The notes under the pieces were generated by a model that ran no database searches, was not told where the DNA came from, and saw nothing but the letters and a program-made list of their open reading frames with translations. DNA of 64,000 nucleotides from a virus (taxonomy: Duplodnaviria; Caudoviricetes), in the IMG/VR virus record IMGVR_UViG_3300031787_000103, positions 1,392-65,391 of that record, one strand, 5' to 3'. A program made the translations under genes and the position numbers. This document shows, in pieces, positions 58,701 to 64,000 of the stretch; the stretch's first letter is position 1; each line of letters starts with the position of its first letter.

Positions 58701-59362
58701 GGCTTCTCAATATCTATTGTCTGCACGTTAAATTCTGAGTGAAGGTTAATCGCCATGTACTTGACAATACCCTCGAAAAAGTCTTTATGCGTCTGCTCCG
58801 GCCATTCAAGTTCGGTGCTTGTCGCAGGGTTGTAAATAACCTCTCCGTTGGTCACGGTAAACCCAAATACGGGCGTTACGGGTAATCTAAGGTAGGTTAG
58901 TTCCAACTTATTGAACCCCGTCGGCTGAATGTAAAACTGATCGTTCTGAATCGTTCCAATGGGGTTTCTCTTTGTCAGCGCGTAAAAATCCGTAATCCGG
59001 TAGCCGAACTTGTCGTTGTTGAGCATTTCAACCATACGCCTATTCTTAACCGAACCCTCGCAAGTCGTGTCTAACTCGTACACGTTGACCCTTGCGTACC
59101 GTACATAGTCGGTAGGGATGGGTGCGTACCCGTAAGAGTCAATGTCTATCGCGGGGTTACTATTATCCCCAAGCGTCTTGACAAACGGCAAAAGGTCGTC
59201 GGAATATTCCTGCGTGGCCTCATAGCCCTTCATGTAGTCGTTGAAGAACTCCAAATTAAAGGCTTCGAGCGCCGTGTTGAACTCAGACGGGGATACATAC
59301 CCGCCAAATTGGTCTTTGGCAAGTTTTAGCTGTACATATTTGTATCCTTCTCCTAAGTTCAT
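58697..59362 (-). CDS. Tail ring / head-tail adaptor protein
   Basis: K.Q.GGYVSP.EFN and YLRLP..P motifs typical of crAss-like ring proteins. Confidence 0.65.
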   Translation of the reverse strand: MNLGEGYKYVQLKLAKDQFGGYVSPSEFNTALEAFNLEFFNDYMKGYEATQEYSDDLLPFVKTLGDNSNPAIDIDSYGYAPIPTDYVRYARVNVYELDTTCEGSVKNRRMVEMLNNDKFGYRITDFYALTKRNPIGTIQNDQFYIQPTGFNKLELTYLRLPVTPVFGFTVTNGEVIYNPATSTELEWPEQTHKDFFEGIVKYMAINLHSEFNVQTIDIEKP

Positions 59363-61053
59363 GCAGGTTTCTTAATGGTTGTGAATTTCAGGCTATTGTA
59401 AATCACGTTGTTCACGTTGGTCGGAACAAAGTCGAACACAAGCGGCAAGGACTCACTCATCGCGTAAGTGGTCTCGGTCTCTGTTACGCTTGTTGCAGGT
59501 GTCGCAGTCAGTCGTGTAATGTTCCGTGTCACGGTGTAGCTGTCCACATCGGTACGCACGGCGCGAATGAAGATATTTGCAAACTGTCCGGTTGTAAGCG
59601 TTACCCCGTTAAGCAAGTCGTGACCGTTTGTCACATCTTCCATCTTGAGGTCGCACGTTGCGCCTACAAACTCTGCACGCATTTCGATTTCAAGGGCATC
59701 ACCTACGCCGAAACTTGCCGTAGGAATCGTCACCGTGTCCGAAGCCGTCAGTTCTGCGCCGGTAAGTTCCTCAAACGTGAAGAAGATAACCTTTTGCTCT
59801 CCGGCTGTTCCAAGCAGTGTGTTTGCCGAATTTCCTACCCATGACACCGTGCCGTCCTCGCAACCCTCGCAGCCGCAGCCCGAAGTGCCGGAAGAACAAC
59901 CGCAGTCGTTTGTAGCGGTCGAGCCTACAAGCCCTTTAATCGCCGCAACTGCCGCGGCCATAGAATCGGTATCGCCGCAACTCTGTGCGATTTGGAAGAT
60001 ATTGACGTATGAGTTAAGTTGCCTTACCGTGTCGGCATAAGCGCTTGACGCACCGCATGAAATACTTGCGGCGTCGAGTGCCACGGTCTTTTCGATACAG
60101 TCAAGGTACTTGCAAAGGTTGGTCTCGCATGACACCGCAGCGCTCACCGTGCCGCTGATCTGATACTGCACCACAAGCTCGTCGTCCTGCAAGCACTGAA
60201 CCGTATCGGTAATAGTACCCTGCCACGGCCCGTTCGCCAAAACGTCAAGCGTAATAGCATTAACCGTCACATCGGTGTTTACAACCGGATTTGCGGGTGG
60301 CGGCGGCGTAAGTCCTTCGGGATAGAACAACTTTTGGCTTCTTGTGGTCACGGTCTGTCCCGACGGATAAACCGTGCTATTGACAAACGTAATGGTCTCG
60401 TCTGAGCAGGAAGACTGGATGCTAAGGCAAAGTTCGGCCTCGTCGCATCCGGTGTATGTGAATGAATAAGACTTCTCGTATTTGCGGCTAATGGAAATAT
60501 CTACCTGTGTGCCGCTTGAGCCGTTTTCGTTGTTTGTAAACGAACCCGCAGCGAAAATAACTGAGGTTGTGTTTAGCCCTGAGTCAAACGTCGAACTCAC
60601 CACGGTCTTAGTTCCGTTGTTCCCCGTGTTTGAACTACCTGAGAATACCACGGTGTTACCCGCGATAAGGTAGTCGTGATTGCCCGGAAGAATAACGGTC
60701 TGAGTCGTTACCGTGATCTGCGATACCACAATGTCATTAGCGATAACGTCAAGTGACACAAAATAGGTAAAAGGATACGACCCGTTGAGAATCTGACCTG
60801 AATTAGTCGTTGGCAGGTTAAACCAAGCACTATTCACCGCGCTTGTCGAAAGGCTAATGAGTGGTGCGCTCACAACAAGTTTCTGAAAGACAATATCACT
60901 CACAGGGTCGTTCATCTGACCCAATCCCGTAAGATTGGCAAGGGGCATACCCTCAAAGTCTGAGTAATCCACGTTATCCGTTACCCGTACACGCTTGTTT
61001 ACTGCGTCGAATACAACGGTTACGTCTATGTCTGAGTCGGTGAAAAGGGCCAT
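59359..61053 (-). CDS. Structural protein with Cys-rich middle region
   Basis: T/S/V-rich beta domains; CGCSSGTSGCGCEGC. Confidence 0.6.
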   Translation of the reverse strand: MALFTDSDIDVTVVFDAVNKRVRVTDNVDYSDFEGMPLANLTGLGQMNDPVSDIVFQKLVVSAPLISLSTSAVNSAWFNLPTTNSGQILNGSYPFTYFVSLDVIANDIVVSQITVTTQTVILPGNHDYLIAGNTVVFSGSSNTGNNGTKTVVSSTFDSGLNTTSVIFAAGSFTNNENGSSGTQVDISISRKYEKSYSFTYTGCDEAELCLSIQSSCSDETITFVNSTVYPSGQTVTTRSQKLFYPEGLTPPPPANPVVNTDVTVNAITLDVLANGPWQGTITDTVQCLQDDELVVQYQISGTVSAAVSCETNLCKYLDCIEKTVALDAASISCGASSAYADTVRQLNSYVNIFQIAQSCGDTDSMAAAVAAIKGLVGSTATNDCGCSSGTSGCGCEGCEDGTVSWVGNSANTLLGTAGEQKVIFFTFEELTGAELTASDTVTIPTASFGVGDALEIEMRAEFVGATCDLKMEDVTNGHDLLNGVTLTTGQFANIFIRAVRTDVDSYTVTRNITRLTATPATSVTETETTYAMSESLPLVFDFVPTNVNNVIYNSLKFTTIKKPA

Positions 61054-61240
61054 TTCGTACTATGAGTTTAGCACAAAAATAAGCCTTGTGACACAGTATT
61101 TTGGGAGTGTATCTAAACACTTTTTACCAAACCAAAAGCCCCATCGTGTGACGGGGCTAAGTGGTTAATACTTCATTCTATGTCTAACGATTCAAATATA
61201 CGCTAACCTTCGTGTCGCGTACAATTAATTTAACATCTCG

Positions 61241-62146
61241 TTAGGCTTTCGCGCTAACCTTCTCCATAGCGGTCAAAATCCGTGTGGCGGTTTCCTTGTT
61301 CTCGGAAACATACTTCGCAAACGAAAGTTCGGGTTCGTCCGCAGACTTCGGGACAATCACACGACCCGCACCTGCCTTGCCGACAAGTTTCCAACCTTCC
61401 TCGTCGCAGATAAGCGCACCACATTCCAAAGCCTCACGAACAAGTTTCGCGGCATCGGCAATATTGCTATCGCCCTTGCAAATCTCATCGTATGTGCCAA
61501 TGTACTTCGGGTTGGCAACAAGGAAGTCGTACAGGTTTGTACGGTCAACCTCCTCTGCCCCGTCAATATCCACGTCAAGGGCCACAAGGACTTTCTTAAC
61601 CATGTCGTATGACTTGCCGGACAACAGAACCTCGTTCTCAAGACGTGCGCGGTGACGTGCGGCCTCGATACGTGAAGCACTTGTAGCCTCCGGTGATGAA
61701 AACGTAAACACGGCGTTTTGGTTAGCCGTAAACCCGTTGTCAAAAAGACCTGAGTAGAAGTACAAAAAGTACAGCTTTTCAGTATCCTTCTTCGGGTAAA
61801 GCGCCATGCCGTGCATAATGTTCATCTTGGTTTCCATGCCCCACTTGATCTCGCCGTTCTTAATCTTCGGCGTCTGTGAAGCATAAACTACCTCGTCAAA
61901 CGTACCGCCGTCGTTAGGTACATTCTTGATGCACTTAACGCCATAGGGCGGTGGGTAAAGGTCAACTTGTGAGTAAACGCGGCGTCCGGGGATACCCTTC
62001 ACGCCTTTTTGCTTGTATTGCGCCGTGAAAAACAGCGTTACAGGCTTGGGGCTTTGCTTGTCGAAGAATCGCGGGAATCGCTTTTCGAGCAGTGCAAGTT
62101 TGTCTTCGTCGAGGCGGTTAGCCTTCTTTCCGTTAATGAAAATCAT
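61241..62146 (-). CDS. Conserved protein downstream of the major capsid gene
   Basis: Position. Confidence 0.6.
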   Translation of the reverse strand: MIFINGKKANRLDEDKLALLEKRFPRFFDKQSPKPVTLFFTAQYKQKGVKGIPGRRVYSQVDLYPPPYGVKCIKNVPNDGGTFDEVVYASQTPKIKNGEIKWGMETKMNIMHGMALYPKKDTEKLYFLYFYSGLFDNGFTANQNAVFTFSSPEATSASRIEAARHRARLENEVLLSGKSYDMVKKVLVALDVDIDGAEEVDRTNLYDFLVANPKYIGTYDEICKGDSNIADAAKLVREALECGALICDEEGWKLVGKAGAGRVIVPKSADEPELSFAKYVSENKETATRILTAMEKVSAKA

Positions 62147-62167
62147 GGTTTTGATTGATTAAAAGTT

Positions 62168-62197
62168 AAGGGGGAAGGCGTTTCCCTCCCCCTTTGG
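62168..62197. terminator. Hairpin after the major capsid gene
   Basis: AAGGGGGAAGG..CCCTCCCCCTT inverted repeat. Confidence 0.55.
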
Positions 62198-62209
62198 TTT
62201 TTGGTTCGA

Positions 62210-63595
62210 TTAAGATACCGCTGCCTTACGGAACAGTCCGCAGTGAGTGATATTGGTAAAGTCGAAACCGACTTCCGAAATCACGTGAACCTTAGACTCA
62301 TCCTTCGCAGTGTTACGAGCAGGAGAAGCACCACCTGTCGGCCACATACGCATAAGGCGGTTCTGACCGTAATCCTTATACTTCATGGTTACATAGTTGG
62401 TGAACATCTCACGTCCGCTTGCATCCTTCGCAGTGGTCTTACCCGCTGGCATTACAAAACCGTAGTCTTGCAGCGAAGAAGCATCCAAAGCACCCGCCCA
62501 CGCTACGTCGTCAAAGGTCAATACGCGCTTTGTACCGAATGAACGGCCATTTACGCTAAGACCCTGAATCGAGTAGTTGTAGTACAGTTGCTCTGCCTGT
62601 GGGCCGTTTCCGAAGATAGCCTGTGCAAGCTGTGGGTCAACCGCGTTCATAAGGCTGTTGCTGAAATCTCCGCGAACGTCGTCCTGAATCTGACCGTAAG
62701 AACGGCCTGAAAGCAGACAAACGTAGTTCTGAGTAGCCCAAACTTTTGAGAGTTTAGCCTCAAGAGCAGCGAAGTCAGCATAGGTCAGCGTACCGCCTGT
62801 GTCCTCGGTCTGTGCGCGTCCATTGAACGCATCAACCATACCGATAGTGGTGTCAAGCGAAGTAGTTGACGCGAGGTTGTTGTCGTGACGACCGTAAAGC
62901 ATCGCGCCGACAATCGCCTTGAGGTGACGGTACTCAAGCTGTGCGGTGAGAAGAGAAGAATAACCACGAAGGGTCAGTCCGTCTTCACGGTACACGGGCT
63001 TAAGGCTGTCAGTGAGGGCCGTTCCGCTGATCGAATCGTCGTTACGGATGTCCTGCAAGTACCACTGATACTTGGTTTGGAACGACACCTGTGAATCCTG
63101 AGCATCTGACCCTTCCGGTACGGAGTTAGAGTAGATGATGAAGGTGTCACCTGCGGCGATGTCCACGTTGGTAGTCGAAAGCAGCGGACGAAGCACGAAC
63201 TGAGTGGTGTAGGTCGGGGCTGCACCAACAGTCTTTGTGATGATCTGATAACGCTGTTCGCTTTGCAGGTGCATCACGAGGTTGCCCTCAATCGGGTATG
63301 AACCTCCGGTTGAGGTGTCAACGTAAGAAGAAGTCAGGGTAACGGTTACGTTGTTACCTGCACCCGGCGCTGCGGGGTTGTTGCTAATGGTAAACGCGGT
63401 GTCGAAACGGTCTTCTTCCCAGTGTTCTCCGGTGATCTGTGATACGGCTTCTTTCGCTCCCATGTCGAAAAACATTTGGAGCAGGTCGAGACCCTGTGCG
63501 CCGTAAGGCTGAAAGAGTTTCTTCGACCACAACGGTTCGAGAATATCATAATTCGCGAGTAGACCGTTGGTTACATTAAGGTCTTGTGCAATCAT
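62210..63595 (-). CDS. Major capsid protein
   Basis: 461 aa; strongly biased codon use; HWEEDR...PEGS...MLYG pattern; followed by a hairpin. Confidence 0.75.
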   Translation of the reverse strand: MIAQDLNVTNGLLANYDILEPLWSKKLFQPYGAQGLDLLQMFFDMGAKEAVSQITGEHWEEDRFDTAFTISNNPAAPGAGNNVTVTLTSSYVDTSTGGSYPIEGNLVMHLQSEQRYQIITKTVGAAPTYTTQFVLRPLLSTTNVDIAAGDTFIIYSNSVPEGSDAQDSQVSFQTKYQWYLQDIRNDDSISGTALTDSLKPVYREDGLTLRGYSSLLTAQLEYRHLKAIVGAMLYGRHDNNLASTTSLDTTIGMVDAFNGRAQTEDTGGTLTYADFAALEAKLSKVWATQNYVCLLSGRSYGQIQDDVRGDFSNSLMNAVDPQLAQAIFGNGPQAEQLYYNYSIQGLSVNGRSFGTKRVLTFDDVAWAGALDASSLQDYGFVMPAGKTTAKDASGREMFTNYVTMKYKDYGQNRLMRMWPTGGASPARNTAKDESKVHVISEVGFDFTNITHCGLFRKAAVS

Positions 63596-63597
63596 TG

Positions 63598-64000
63598 TTA
63601 GCTACTGAATTTTGAAAGGTGTTCTTTGACGGCATCGAAGTATGGCTGTGCAACTGTCTTTTCGGCGGGTTTATCGCGTCTTACAACCTCTCCTCCGTTG
63701 TGAGCCTCGGCTACAACTTTCTCCTTAATCTTTCCTTCGATTTGCGTCCGATACGCCTTCATCACATCTTGAAGTTGTGTACTCACAACCCTGTTCTCGA
63801 TGTACTTCTGTACGGTTTCTTTCGCTTTGTCGGCGGAAATTGTAAGGAATCCGGTAGAGATTTCCGATTTGATGGCTTGTCGAAGTTCAGGGCTAACCGC
63901 CACTGAGATTTTTTCTCCGTCCACCTCCACGGTGAATTGGCTTAGATTGCTAACCGCTTTCTCCGCCTCACCGCTCCAAAAAGACTTCGCCTTTTCAAGG
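63598..64000 (-). CDS. Probable scaffolding protein (5' part outside the window)
   Basis: Charged helical ORF directly upstream of the major capsid gene, extending beyond the track start toward the window edge. Confidence 0.5.
   Translation of the reverse strand, partial: LEKAKSFWSGEAEKAVSNLSQFTVEVDGEKISVAVSPELRQAIKSEISTGFLTISADKAKETVQKYIENRVVSTQLQDVMKAYRTQIEGKIKEKVVAEAHNGGEVVRRDKPAEKTVAQPYFDAVKEHLSKFSS

Noticed and set aside
43277-63906. Numerous plus-strand ORFs opposite the structural genes
   Set aside because: These are antisense shadows of long minus-strand genes with no start context; the same applies to 1299-1589, 3283-3564 and 32345-32671.
1-64000. Prophage, DGR, retron or intron/intein elements
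   Set aside because: I recognised no integrase, reverse transcriptase, TR/VR repeat pair, host genes or split core genes.

Overview
The window is almost certainly most of one tailed-phage genome, probably a Bacteroidetes-infecting podovirus-type phage with a crAss-like head/tail module. The portal gene is cut at the left edge and the gene before the capsid gene is cut at the right edge, so the two ends probably join. It contains a terminase, portal, major capsid, tail ring and nozzle genes, and ejection proteins, including a 2820-aa polyvalent protein with an ADP-ribosyltransferase-like domain. It also has a replication initiator plus primase-helicase, RecT/YqaJ/RuvC/HNH recombination genes, ArdA, a lysis cassette and a tmRNA. 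I saw no DNA polymerase, RNA polymerase, integrase, tRNA or CRISPR array. The most unusual signals are non-coding. (1) A 10-bp motif T[CT]G[ACG]GCCGTG occurs about 40 times by eye; its orientation flips at ~24.8-25.6 kb, where base skew also flips (Chi-like geometry), and it supplies the GTG start codon of five genes. (2) A 165-nt tRNA-shaped RNA lies directly behind the tmRNA. (3) Two structured 5' leaders have loop-complementary sequences. (4) There are two operator families. (5) CCAG/CTGG is strongly avoided. All product calls come from motif recognition by eye, not from database searches.
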